Positions 11,307 through 20,628 of a stretch of 64,000 nucleotides of DNA are shown one piece after another. The notes under the pieces are model-generated. The model searched no databases. It was not told where the DNA came from and saw only the letters and a list, made by a program, of their open reading frames with translations. The DNA is taken from NCBI GenBank assembly GCA_964537475.1, contig CAZIBY010000007.1, positions 2,837 through 66,836 on the forward strand, given 5' to 3'. The translations under genes and the position numbers were made by a program. This DNA is from an uncultured Chitinophagaceae bacterium. Its GTDB lineage: Bacteria; Bacteroidota; Bacteroidia; Chitinophagales; LD1. How positions within the stretch are numbered: the stretch's first letter is position 1; every line of letters starts with the position of its first letter.

Positions 11307-11381
11307 CGGGGTGTAGCGCAGTCCGGTTAGCGCACCTGCTTTGGGAGCAGGGGGTCCCAAGTTCGAATCTTGGTACCCCGA
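11307..11381 (+). tRNA. tRNA-Pro(TGG)
   Basis: Acceptor stem CGGGGTG/TACCCCG, anticodon arm CCTGC-TTTGGGA-GCAGG, GTTCGAATC T-loop. Confidence 0.95.
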
Positions 11382-11394
11382 CACAATGATAGAG

Positions 11395-11429
11395 AGGGTT
11401 TCAGGTTTTCCTGAAACCCTTCTTTATTT
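11395..11429 (+). terminator. Intrinsic terminator after the tRNAs
   Basis: Perfect 11-bp stem AGGGTTTCAGG-TTTT-CCTGAAACCCT followed by a T-rich tail. Confidence 0.8.
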
Positions 11430-11431
11430 CT

Positions 11432-11451
11432 TTCACAAACAATTCACAAAC
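11432..11451 (+). repeat. Direct repeat TTCACAAAC x2, integrase arm-type-site-like
   Basis: TTCACAAAC-AA-TTCACAAAC (11-bp period) immediately after the tRNA terminator. Confidence 0.55.
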
Positions 11452-11945
11452 ATTCTTAGGGCGGTACATTGATAATGGACGTTTTTTAGCTGAATATTTC
11501 CCTTCTCGGCTATTGAAATCGCTATATTGAGAATAAATGAAATGACATGAAAAGAGGATCAACAGTAATTTGTTCTAACCATCTTCTGCAAGCGGGAGTT
11601 GAAGCGTTTGGGGTTTTTGTGCAAATAGCTACTTTGAAAGCAACGTTACAACAGCAACAAACTGAACAAGAACGATTGGATGTGTTTTTAGACAGAGCCA
11701 AGAAAATCGGCAATGGAGTAAGCAACTTCTTTCAGGAGATCAATAATTACGACTCTTGCCAACTTAGCCAGCCTAAAGTTAGAAAGAGAAGGTATCAACT
11801 TGCTTAACTAGCGATACGCCTTAAATCCAAGGGAAAATGATTTTTAATGCTCATTAAGATTTTCGCCTTTTCCTTAAGTTCAAAAGGGACATGTAAAGAA
11901 ATCGGCGTTTTCTTTACATGTTAAGATGAACATGTAAAGTTTATT

Positions 11946-13037
11946 CTAATTGCTTTTCACATCACTTTTCACATTCATAAATACCTGGTAAAGTGGGATA
12001 TTAAGAAAATAGTTACTCCGGCCTATTTTTTCCTTTTGCAGGAATCCCGCTTTTGAAAGACTTTCCAAATAACCGGTCGCAGTCGGACGGCTTACACTTA
12101 AGTCATTCATAACAAACTCAATCTTGGTGTAAGGGTGTTTGAAAAGGTTGTTTAGCAGATCCTGACTATATATTTTAGGTAAATCCTTTCGCATCCTTAC
12201 TTTATAATCTTGCATTAAGGTCCGAATACTTTTAACGAGATCGATAGTTTGTTTAGAGGTTTCCTCAATCCCCTTTAGCATGAACGCTAACCATTCTTCC
12301 CATTCACCAGTATCTCGAACATGTTGTAATAAGCGGTAGTAGTCCGGCTTATTTTCAACAATAAATCGGCTTAGATACAAAACTGGCAATTGTAACATAT
12401 CCTTACAAACGAGATACAAGATGTTTATGATACGCCCAGTACGACCATTGCCATCATAGAAAGGATGTATACTTTCAAATTGATGATGGATAACCGCCAT
12501 TTTTATAAGAGGGTCAACATCTGAAAGTTCATCATTGTTAATAAAGTCTACTAGGTTTTGCATTAATTGTAGAATCGTATCTGGATGTTGAGGTGGCGTA
12601 TAAACGACCTCTCCAGTTTTAGCATTTTTCAGTGAAGTACCAGGGAGCTTTCGTAACCCAGCATCATTTTGCTCTAATTCGCGTTGAATTTGCAAGATGT
12701 GGTTTAGAGTGAGAATTTTATCCTTTCGTACAATAGCAAATCCCTTTCTCAAAGCATTGGCATAGTTTTGTACTTCCTTAGTAGAAGAGCTAATAACAAA
12801 AGTCGCGTCTAGTTCCGCTTTAAAAAGCTCGTCTTGGGTCGTAATAATATTTTCAATTGCAGAGCTATCTTTAGCCTCTTGTAAGGTTAAGGTACTAATT
12901 AAAATCTGCTCATTAGGGATAGTAGCAGACACCCCTTTTAGCTCAGCTAAATGACGATGTGCCACAGCCAATAGCTTTAGTGTGGCCTTAGATTCCAAGT
13001 CCTCTTTTAAAGGAAGGGGCGACGGTTCCCAATTCAT
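11946..13037 (-). CDS. Fic-family protein (Fic_N + Fic + C-terminal wHTH)
   Basis: Canonical motif HPFYDGNGRTGR; N-terminal EAKDSSAIENI motif. Confidence 0.92.
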   Translation of the reverse strand: MNWEPSPLPLKEDLESKATLKLLAVAHRHLAELKGVSATIPNEQILISTLTLQEAKDSSAIENIITTQDELFKAELDATFVISSSTKEVQNYANALRKGFAIVRKDKILTLNHILQIQRELEQNDAGLRKLPGTSLKNAKTGEVVYTPPQHPDTILQLMQNLVDFINNDELSDVDPLIKMAVIHHQFESIHPFYDGNGRTGRIINILYLVCKDMLQLPVLYLSRFIVENKPDYYRLLQHVRDTGEWEEWLAFMLKGIEETSKQTIDLVKSIRTLMQDYKVRMRKDLPKIYSQDLLNNLFKHPYTKIEFVMNDLSVSRPTATGYLESLSKAGFLQKEKIGRSNYFLNIPLYQVFMNVKSDVKSN

Positions 13038-13245
13038 ATATATCCGATTAGAGGAGTGGCTTTGAAATATCTAAATCTAGACTGCTTTTAGGAAGCAACT
13101 AAGCTAATCTAACCTATTTTTTTAAAAATGCAATTGATTAAGATACTAGACCTGTGATTCAGTTTATCTAGAAAGGTGAGGGACCTTCTTGCAAAATTAG
13201 GAGCGATGCACATTTCGCCCAGGAAAGTATTTGGGATTGATGAAA

Positions 13246-14043
13246 CTAAAGATTTATACCAAGAATTCTACAGACAACCTCAATAGCTTTATCTTGATTA
13301 TCCCGAGCGAGATATTCTTTAATCCATTCAGCATTATTATTTAAGACCTGCACTTTATTAGATTGTGTAGAGGGTAGATTATAAGTCGGCAGTTCTTTTA
13401 TTGCATATAAAAATCCTGTCTCATAGTTATCATTGTTAAAATTCATGTCGGCAATGATTGTTTCCAATTCAAAAGATGGATAAGGATAACCGTTATAGGC
13501 ATTCCAGCATTTTAGTAAACGAATGATTGGTTTAACTATAGAGTAGTATTTATTATTTGCAGCCGTAAGGCTGTCATTGAAACCGCGAGGATCAGTATCC
13601 ATCCATTGTCCATCTTTACTTGGAATTTGATAAGAACTGCCCCAAAAGCTCTCATTCCATCTACTAGGTACAAGGTCAAACTTGATTTTACTCATTTCAA
13701 GCACAACTGATGGATGATCTTTTAGTATCCTTGTCGTAGGATATTTTGTGGTGGCAAATCTCTTTAGCTGACTACGGTATGTTTCTGGTATGTACTCTCT
13801 TTCTGCTTGGTCAAAAACGACAAGAATATCTATATCCGAATGCTCATCGAATTTTCTCGGTAGTATCGTATCTCTTTTATAAGAGCCAAAGACAAGGATT
13901 TCGTTTACTTCATTGCCAAAATACCCTTTAATGCTCTTTTCAAAGATCGCTACCTTGTTTTGTATATCTAACCTTTCAGGAGAGCCATGTTTGATAAAAA
14001 GATCTGCGGAAATCTTTTGTAACCTATAATTGATCGTTGCCAT
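13246..14043 (-). CDS. SMODS/CD-NTase-like nucleotidyltransferase (complete catalytic triad)
   Basis: FGSYKRDT, SDIDILVVF and KFDLVP motifs; IIRLLKCWN helix. Confidence 0.88.
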   Translation of the reverse strand: MATINYRLQKISADLFIKHGSPERLDIQNKVAIFEKSIKGYFGNEVNEILVFGSYKRDTILPRKFDEHSDIDILVVFDQAEREYIPETYRSQLKRFATTKYPTTRILKDHPSVVLEMSKIKFDLVPSRWNESFWGSSYQIPSKDGQWMDTDPRGFNDSLTAANNKYYSIVKPIIRLLKCWNAYNGYPYPSFELETIIADMNFNNDNYETGFLYAIKELPTYNLPSTQSNKVQVLNNNAEWIKEYLARDNQDKAIEVVCRILGINL

Positions 14044-14822
14044 TACCTGATGTTATATCTCGCTTTAATCCTGACCCATTCCGCTGTGAGAGGCGGATTA
14101 TACTTTTTGTAAACTTTCTCCGGAATTTCTGCATTGATACGGCTATGTAGTGATTCGTATTCAAGCCAATATCTGTAAATTGAGGCATAATACTTGGTAG
14201 TATCAGATTTTAGATCAGAGTGCTGAAATAAAGTAATCCAGGAGTTTTGAATATTTTCTAAATGCGCTTGTAGAATAAGATGCTTGATTAAACCACCGAG
14301 GATATTAGCGGAAAAAAGAGCTTGCAATACTGAAAGAGCGAAGGGAACTTGTTCAAAGCCATAATAGGAAAATACCACCATGAAAATGAGCATTACTACA
14401 GGTACAATAATTCTTCTAAGTGTTACTTCTTTGACCAATGAAAGTGTAAAGAAGCAGTTTTCAAAAAGATTTACAGCAGCCTTATATAAGCCCTGACTTA
14501 CTTCTTCGTTGTCAAAATAGTCAACGGAACTATTTGTCGAAAATGAGGAACCAAAAGAATTGTCGATAAAGTCATCCCTTCTTTTTTTATCAGTAAGAGG
14601 AATGAGGATATAATCACGGATCAATTCCAATGCAAAAAAGATACTAATGCCAATCATATTCAAAATATCAATGGCATGTAGGATATGCCAGCGATCGCAA
14701 TACTCTTTGAATGCCACCGGAATAATAGAAAAGCCAAAAATAGCCCAGAAGATGATCCCTGTTGCTAAGCTAATCGAGTTGACTATCTTAAAGGAGCTGT
14801 ATTGAGGTGAGTAGGTAGCCAT
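14043..14822 (-). CDS. Four-transmembrane protein, putative CBASS-type membrane effector
   Basis: Two pairs of hydrophobic helices around a soluble KRRDDFIDNSFG...NLFENCFFT loop; TAATG overlaps with both flanking NTase genes. Confidence 0.7.
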   Translation of the reverse strand: MATYSPQYSSFKIVNSISLATGIIFWAIFGFSIIPVAFKEYCDRWHILHAIDILNMIGISIFFALELIRDYILIPLTDKKRRDDFIDNSFGSSFSTNSSVDYFDNEEVSQGLYKAAVNLFENCFFTLSLVKEVTLRRIIVPVVMLIFMVVFSYYGFEQVPFALSVLQALFSANILGGLIKHLILQAHLENIQNSWITLFQHSDLKSDTTKYYASIYRYWLEYESLHSRINAEIPEKVYKKYNPPLTAEWVRIKARYNIR

Positions 14823-15538
14823 TATTTGTTATCAATGAATTTAAGCCATTCAGTTTTTAAAGTAGCAGGGTCAAAGTTGTTTTTCATTAAACCAAAAAAT
14901 TTGACAGCGTCGGCTTTAAAGTTATTGTTTTGAAAGAATGTCCATATCCAATCACTTATACCTTGACTTGCGACATGAGAATTCAAGAAAAGATTGCAAA
15001 CTCGAATTTCAATATCATAGTTTTTTAATCCTCTTTTGTAGTTGTAGTTCCACAACTTTAAAATTTTAATGAGATCAATAAATTCAATATTTTTTGATCT
15101 TAAAGCGTCTACCGCATTTTCAAGTTGCCCAAAGTTTATCGCCTTCCAATTGAGCAGAACATTATCTGGAATTCCCATCAAACCATTTTCAAGTTTATAC
15201 GGGGTAATATTGATAGGTATTTTATTAAAATCTACAAGTATTGAAGGTTTATCCTGCCTTATGTCTGATGTTGGATAACTGGCCATTAGACAACTCTTTA
15301 GTGTTGCAAGGGCAGCTTGTGAATTACCATTACCTATGTATTCGAAATACACATCTACATCACTAATTCCTTTAACCATCGTTCTTCTTTTGTATGAACC
15401 TCCGAGAAAAGGGGCTCTAAATTGAGGTTGATTGTTAATGATATTCTTGAGATTACTTAGGGTAGTTGAAATGTTCTCCATTTCTATACGATTGTAAGAT
15501 ATCAGTTGGGACTTATCTTTAATAAAGGTGTCAAGCAT
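14822..15538 (-). CDS. Second SMODS/CD-NTase-like nucleotidyltransferase, with Asn at the third Asp position
   Basis: GGSYKRRT and SDVDVYF motifs; INITP aligns with FDLVP of the 265-aa paralogue; LIKILKLWN helix. Confidence 0.8.
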   Translation of the reverse strand: MLDTFIKDKSQLISYNRIEMENISTTLSNLKNIINNQPQFRAPFLGGSYKRRTMVKGISDVDVYFEYIGNGNSQAALATLKSCLMASYPTSDIRQDKPSILVDFNKIPINITPYKLENGLMGIPDNVLLNWKAINFGQLENAVDALRSKNIEFIDLIKILKLWNYNYKRGLKNYDIEIRVCNLFLNSHVASQGISDWIWTFFQNNNFKADAVKFFGLMKNNFDPATLKTEWLKFIDNK

Positions 15539-15661
15539 AATACGGGTTCGGTGATTTTAAGTGCTAATATACATCTATTATTTTGTAAATTAAATCCACA
15601 GTGACAGGTGGGGACTAACTTGACTATAAAGGTTAAGCTTTGCAGTTCTCACCAAAGTTTT

Positions 15662-15684
15662 TTTGGGGTATATTTGGGGGTATG
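15662..15684 (+). repeat. Direct repeat TTTGGGG(G)TAT x2, arm-type-site-like element end
   Basis: TTTGGGGTATA-TTTGGGGGTATG, between the defence islet and a truncated gene. Confidence 0.45.
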
Positions 15685-15754
15685 TCCTAAATACACATTG
15701 AGAAATATCAAGGTAATTCAAGATGTTAATTGCCCCAATAGTAAGGACTTCCTC

Positions 15755-16002
15755 CCTATGAGGCGGCAAGTCAAAACTCAATGCGTATGGGCAGCTAAAG
15801 GATTATCTAACTCTTCGTTCGCCATATTCCGGCGTGATAACGCAACGAAACGTTGATGTCGGAACATTAGTAGGAGGGAGTAATCAAAAGCCTTTGCTTG
15901 TAATTGAAAACAACGGCACTATGCGTTTAGGATCGCCTACCGGAGGTGTGCACGACAGCCGTACCCGATACATCCGTTGTTAGCTTTACGGTAGATGCTC
16001 AG
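15755..16002 (+). pseudogene. Internal fragment of an RND efflux periplasmic adaptor (MFP) gene
   Basis: Translates as NAYGQLKDYLTLRSPYSGVITQRNVDVGTLVGGSNQKPLLVIE, then after frameshifts PEVCTTAVPDTSVVSFTVDAQ; no start codon and no intact end. Confidence 0.7.
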
Positions 16003-16143
16003 CTTCTAACAATATGGTGATGCATGAATTGGATATTTCAATAAATCGAATGAAAATAGTGAGCTATCAAATTGAATTTTTGTTTGAGACAAAAAGACAA
16101 GTATTTCTGTTTCCAATTATTTTTTTGTTCCTTTAACCTGATA

Positions 16144-16533
16144 ATGAAAAGGATAATCACAACCATTTTGTTCATTTGTTACTTAATCCCCTGTTTGGGG
16201 GTATCGGTCAGAACGCACTATTGCGGGGGTAAGTTTACATCCTTTTCAATTCTCCCCTCAAAGAGTGTTCAGTGCTGCTGTGGCAAAAAGGCAATGAAAA
16301 AGGGCTGCTGCGAGAACAAAGTCACTTTCGTAAAAGCGCCTCAAGATCACAATATTCAAAAGATTAACGCACACTCAAGTCTTAAGACTAGCCAATTCTG
16401 CAAGGCGATCCTATTTTCTACATATTCTTTCTTGTCGAACTATACAGTAGATCCTTCCTCTACGTGGACTGATCCACCGCCTGGCCCTCAAAGCCTAAGT
16501 CTTTATCTGCTCAATAAGGTCTTCAGAATTTAG
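16144..16533 (+). CDS. HYC_CC_PP-family Cys/His-rich small protein
   Basis: THYCGG, CCCGK, GCCENK and DPPPGP...L.VFRI motifs; ATG at 16144 within the track ORF 16072..16533. Confidence 0.8.
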   Translation: MKRIITTILFICYLIPCLGVSVRTHYCGGKFTSFSILPSKSVQCCCGKKAMKKGCCENKVTFVKAPQDHNIQKINAHSSLKTSQFCKAILFSTYSFLSNYTVDPSSTWTDPPPGPQSLSLYLLNKVFRI

Positions 16534-16614
16534 AATTCGAGTAAGGTTCTTTTTTAACGTCGCGGCATTCGGCGTTCTATTCGTTTCTATTTATATATCA
16601 TCAAAAACAATTTC

Positions 16615-17415
16615 ATGAAAATCATTTTCACAAAAATAGCTATTATAGCGGCTTTCATCTTTTCAGCGCTCTTTACACAGGCCCAGTTCACCGCCTTGGA
16701 CTTTAACAAGATGGACTGCAACGGCACCGATACGCACCATTTGTTTGCCGATCTCGATTCAGGCAAGGCCGTACTGCTTCACTTCTTCATGCCGAACTGC
16801 GGGTCGTGCCCTCCGCCTGCCAGAATTCTCCAAAACATGGCCAACGGCATCAATGCGATGCACCCCGGCATGGTAAAGGGGTATGCGTTTCCGTACATAA
16901 ACAGTACTACATGCGCATACTCGTCCTCATGGGTATCGAGCAACGGACTGTCCACGATTTATACGCCAATGGATAGTGGTGCAGCCGGAGTAGCTAATTA
17001 TGGAGGATTCGGGATGCCTACGGTGGTTGTTCTCGGTGGGATGGACCACAGGGTACTGTTCGTATCACAGGCATTTTCCAGTTCGGACACTACGACCATC
17101 AAGGACAGCATAATGGGGCTGATGAACACCACTGCGATCAATGAACTGCCTAAGAGTGTTTCTTTATTCAAGGTATTCCCAAATCCGGCTGTAGACAACA
17201 TCAGTGTTGACCTCGTTCTTACTGAAGCTGCCACCGCATCCCTGGACATAACCGACATGACAGGCAAACAGGTCGCTGTGGTAATTAAAGAGCAGAACAT
17301 CAGTGGCCATGCGTCAATCCCGTACAGCACCCGACAGCTCGCACCGGGCACCTACACACTGTGTCTTACGGTAAATAACAAAAGCGCATCACAAAAGTTG
17401 ACCATAACACATTAA
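16615..17415 (+). CDS. Thioredoxin-fold (CxxC) protein with T9SS type A sorting domain
   Basis: Signal peptide; FFMPNCGSCPPP; GMPTVVV; VFPNPA...GTYTL...KLTITH C-terminal domain. Confidence 0.75.
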   Translation: MKIIFTKIAIIAAFIFSALFTQAQFTALDFNKMDCNGTDTHHLFADLDSGKAVLLHFFMPNCGSCPPPARILQNMANGINAMHPGMVKGYAFPYINSTTCAYSSSWVSSNGLSTIYTPMDSGAAGVANYGGFGMPTVVVLGGMDHRVLFVSQAFSSSDTTTIKDSIMGLMNTTAINELPKSVSLFKVFPNPAVDNISVDLVLTEAATASLDITDMTGKQVAVVIKEQNISGHASIPYSTRQLAPGTYTLCLTVNNKSASQKLTITH

Positions 17416-17434
17416 GAAATCATAAAAAAACGAC

Positions 17435-17740
17435 ATGGAACAATCAAATAAGCTGAAGGCGTGCATAGCCTGTGTGATCGCCTGCGAGAATTGCATGTCC
17501 CAGTGCAGCAAAAACGGGTGCGCGAGTTGCTGCACCTACTGCCGGGACTGCGCCGACCTGTGCTCGCTTTATATCAGATTCGAGGCGCGAGGTTCTGCCT
17601 TTACGGACAAACTGGGCTCGCTGTGCGCGGAAATATGCAAGGCATGTGCTGAGGAATGCGGTAAAAATGCAGAAAAAATGGAATGCTGCAAGACATGTTC
17701 TGAGGCGTGCAAGAGCTGCGTAGAGGCCTTTACGAATTAA
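17435..17740 (+). CDS. Four-helix-bundle Cys-rich copper storage protein (Csp/DUF326-like)
   Basis: Repeated CxxxCxxC helices (ACIACVIACENC, CRDCADLC, CAEICKACAEEC). Confidence 0.85.
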   Translation: MEQSNKLKACIACVIACENCMSQCSKNGCASCCTYCRDCADLCSLYIRFEARGSAFTDKLGSLCAEICKACAEECGKNAEKMECCKTCSEACKSCVEAFTN

Positions 17741-17750
17741 AAAAACAAAC

Positions 17751-18788
17751 ATGAGAAAATTTCAAATCGCCGCACTCGCGCTATTGGCATTATTCGCCAA
17801 TTCGTGCAAGCACGAGCCATCGCAATCTGGCTCCGTCAGTTATCCCGCTGCCTATATTGTGAACACTTCGAGCAATTCCATTTCTGTGATTAATACCAAT
17901 ACGGGCACAGTGGCTGACAGCATTATGCTATCAAATGCCATCGCGCCTTATCATATCTACATCAGTCCCGACAAAAAGCTCTTGGCCGTTTCCGTGGTCA
18001 ATCACAATCTGAGTGCTGGTTTTCCGACCGCTAATTTTGACAGCTATAATAGCGGCAATAAGGTTTTGATAATTGACGCTCTATCGAAAAAGGTCGTTAA
18101 GGAAATCGCTCTAACCAGATTGGCAAGCAATGCAATATTCAGTTTTGACGGAACAGAACTGTGGATCGCGCAAGCTGAAGATGTCCAAAGCAAAATAGTC
18201 ATCTACAACGTTTCCGACTGGACGCTCAAGACTACCATTCCGCTAACCAAAGGGCTCTCCGAGATAACCTTTTGCAGTGACGGGGACATGTCGTTTACCT
18301 GTACTTCGGGCGACGATTCGGTGCAAATGTACTATGCGAACAGCAAGAACTTTCTGATGAATACCTACTTGCCGGTTCATCCCATCGGAGCTTTTCCTTC
18401 GGACCACCATACCGACTTTGTGATCTGTGACGGGAACAACACCGTGTTCGAAGTTGACGCTTCCACCTGTTTGGTTATGGATACAGTAATCCCCGGTTTT
18501 AAGCCCGGCTTCATAAAGTACAATTCGGCAAAGTCGGAGATGTGGATGAGCGATGTGTCCAACGGAAAGGTGCACTGGTTCAAAAGTGTTTCATCTCAGT
18601 GGGTAGAGCAAGGAGCCATTTCTGTCGGCACAAACCCGAGATGGATTGCCTTTAATACCGACGAATCTTTGGCCTACGTAGCAAACCAAAACAGCAACAC
18701 AGTTAGCATTGTCAACGCATCGAGCCATACAGTTACCAATACGATAGTCGTTGGGAATAGCCCAGCTTCCATAGCTATAAAACCCTAG
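17751..18788 (+). CDS. YncE/YVTN-type beta-propeller lipoprotein
   Basis: Lipobox FANSC; AYIVNTSSNSISVI and AYVANQNSNTVSIV repeats. Confidence 0.8.
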   Translation: MRKFQIAALALLALFANSCKHEPSQSGSVSYPAAYIVNTSSNSISVINTNTGTVADSIMLSNAIAPYHIYISPDKKLLAVSVVNHNLSAGFPTANFDSYNSGNKVLIIDALSKKVVKEIALTRLASNAIFSFDGTELWIAQAEDVQSKIVIYNVSDWTLKTTIPLTKGLSEITFCSDGDMSFTCTSGDDSVQMYYANSKNFLMNTYLPVHPIGAFPSDHHTDFVICDGNNTVFEVDASTCLVMDTVIPGFKPGFIKYNSAKSEMWMSDVSNGKVHWFKSVSSQWVEQGAISVGTNPRWIAFNTDESLAYVANQNSNTVSIVNASSHTVTNTIVVGNSPASIAIKP

Positions 18789-18798
18789 ATCAGAGAAA

Positions 18799-20517
18799 AT
18801 GACATTAAGACTGACAATCGTAGTGCTTACACTCCTATTGAGCAGGATGGGTAATGCTCAAAATCCTTTGAGCATCCCTCCCGCCATTACAGGTACAACC
18901 TTTCAGTTAAATGTACAAAGCGGGACGTCGGTATTTTATACCGGAACGACCACGCCGACCTATGGGGTAAATGGCGCTCTGTTGTCGCCCACGCTCGTCC
19001 TAAATAGAGGGGATAGCATTTCCCTCACTGTTCACAACGGACTTTCCGTGCCCACCACCATGCACTGGCACGGGCTGCATGTCACCCCTCATAATGACGG
19101 CGGACCGCATCAGGTAATTGCGCCGAATGCATCGTGGAGCCCTTCTTTCGTCGTGAGAAATCAGGCAGGGACTTATTGGTATCATCCGCACGGTGCTGGC
19201 CAAACAGACCCGCAGGTGTCAAAGGGGTTGGCTGGCATGATCATTATTCACGATAGCGTGGAGTCCTCATTAAATCTTCCGCGCACTTACGGCGTAGATG
19301 ACATTCCCCTTATCGTGCAGAGCAAGGCATTCGACGCCTTGCAGCAGATCGCCATTTCGACGGAAATGGATACCGCCATTTTTGTGAATGGGACATTAGA
19401 CCCGGAATTTTTAGCTCCTGCACAAATTGTTCGTTTTCGATTGCTTAACGGAAGCAGTATACGGTCATATAACTTCGGACTTTCAAACAGTCAAACCTTT
19501 TATCAGATAGCCACTGAGGGAGGGCTCAAAGATACTCCCGTAGCTCTGACGCGGCTGTTGCTCTCACCGGGCGAGCGCGCGGAGATATTGGTGGACTTTC
19601 AAGGAATGAGCGGACAGACCCTTAATCTCATGAGCTACGCCTCACAAATGCCACACGGCATTTTCGGCTCTGCCAGGGTCGGCATGCAAGAGGACACAAT
19701 AGAAGGCTACAACCAGAATTTTCTTAACGGTGCGGATTTTAAGATTTTGAAAATAAGCGTAACTAACGCAACTGTCACTCCTGTCACAACCATTCCGATT
19801 GCGCTTGCTCCTTTCAGTCCGTACGATAAGGATTCCGCTAGCGTTACGAGATATTTAGTATTTGACACTCTCCGTTCGTTGCCCCTTGATCGGCCTAACC
19901 TTGCCGACGGTCCTTTTGGTATCAATAGCGAGAGTTTTAGCATGGACAGTATAAATGAGGTTGTCCATCTGAATGCAACGGAAACATGGGTGCTTGTAAA
20001 TAAGACTCTCGTTGCCCATCCGTTCCACATACATGACGTTCAATTCAATGTCATCGAGAAAAGCGGCAGCTCACCCTCGCCATCTGAAACGGGATGGAAG
20101 GATGTAGTGCTGGTAATGCCTCAGGACAGCGTTAAGTTCATTACGAGGTTCGAGACATTCGCAAATTCCACGGTGCCGTACATGTATCACTGCCACTTGC
20201 TTCATCACGAAGATGATGGGATGATGGGCAGTTTTCTGGTAGTGCAACAGACCGTGGGCATACACGAAACGGAAGCTAACAGGCTTTTAGTTTTTCCTAA
20301 TCCCGTACAAGACGTCCTTGAGATAGCTTCCGAAAATCTGATAGAAGGGGTAACCATAACCGATACTGAGGGACGCACGCTAATCAACATCTCGCGAATA
20401 TATACAGCTGGTATTCAAATAAACACTTCCACACTTGCTCAAGGTTCATATTTCTTGTCGGTCATGAGCACAGATAACCAAACTAGCCATATTCACTTTT
20501 GTAAGGCAGAGAGATGA
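18799..20517 (+). CDS. Multicopper oxidase with T9SS type A sorting domain
   Basis: HWHG, WYHPH, HPFHIH and HCHLLHHEDDGMM copper motifs; C-terminal VFPNPV...GSYFL domain. Confidence 0.92.
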   Translation: MTLRLTIVVLTLLLSRMGNAQNPLSIPPAITGTTFQLNVQSGTSVFYTGTTTPTYGVNGALLSPTLVLNRGDSISLTVHNGLSVPTTMHWHGLHVTPHNDGGPHQVIAPNASWSPSFVVRNQAGTYWYHPHGAGQTDPQVSKGLAGMIIIHDSVESSLNLPRTYGVDDIPLIVQSKAFDALQQIAISTEMDTAIFVNGTLDPEFLAPAQIVRFRLLNGSSIRSYNFGLSNSQTFYQIATEGGLKDTPVALTRLLLSPGERAEILVDFQGMSGQTLNLMSYASQMPHGIFGSARVGMQEDTIEGYNQNFLNGADFKILKISVTNATVTPVTTIPIALAPFSPYDKDSASVTRYLVFDTLRSLPLDRPNLADGPFGINSESFSMDSINEVVHLNATETWVLVNKTLVAHPFHIHDVQFNVIEKSGSSPSPSETGWKDVVLVMPQDSVKFITRFETFANSTVPYMYHCHLLHHEDDGMMGSFLVVQQTVGIHETEANRLLVFPNPVQDVLEIASENLIEGVTITDTEGRTLINISRIYTAGIQINTSTLAQGSYFLSVMSTDNQTSHIHFCKAER

Positions 20518-20628
20518 TAAAGATCATCCGGTAATTGTGTAACTCTTTCCCATAATTTTGTAACATGCAAAGTATGTCCTAGTCGTATTTTTACATGTAA
20601 ATGTGCTCACAGTGCTATACTAAACATA

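Noticed and set aside
11360-11381. Duplicate of the tRNA-Pro 3' end (attR) within the window
   Set aside because: No second copy found by eye, so the island's right boundary cannot be set.
11547-11807. 86-aa ORF after the tRNAs
   Set aside because: May be a gene remnant, but I cannot assign a family or show that it is coding.
20590-20601. Palindrome TTTACATGTAAA upstream of the copper ATPase as a CopY cop box
   Set aside because: The cop box is TACAnnTGTA; the 2-nt spacer is missing and there is no CopY gene.
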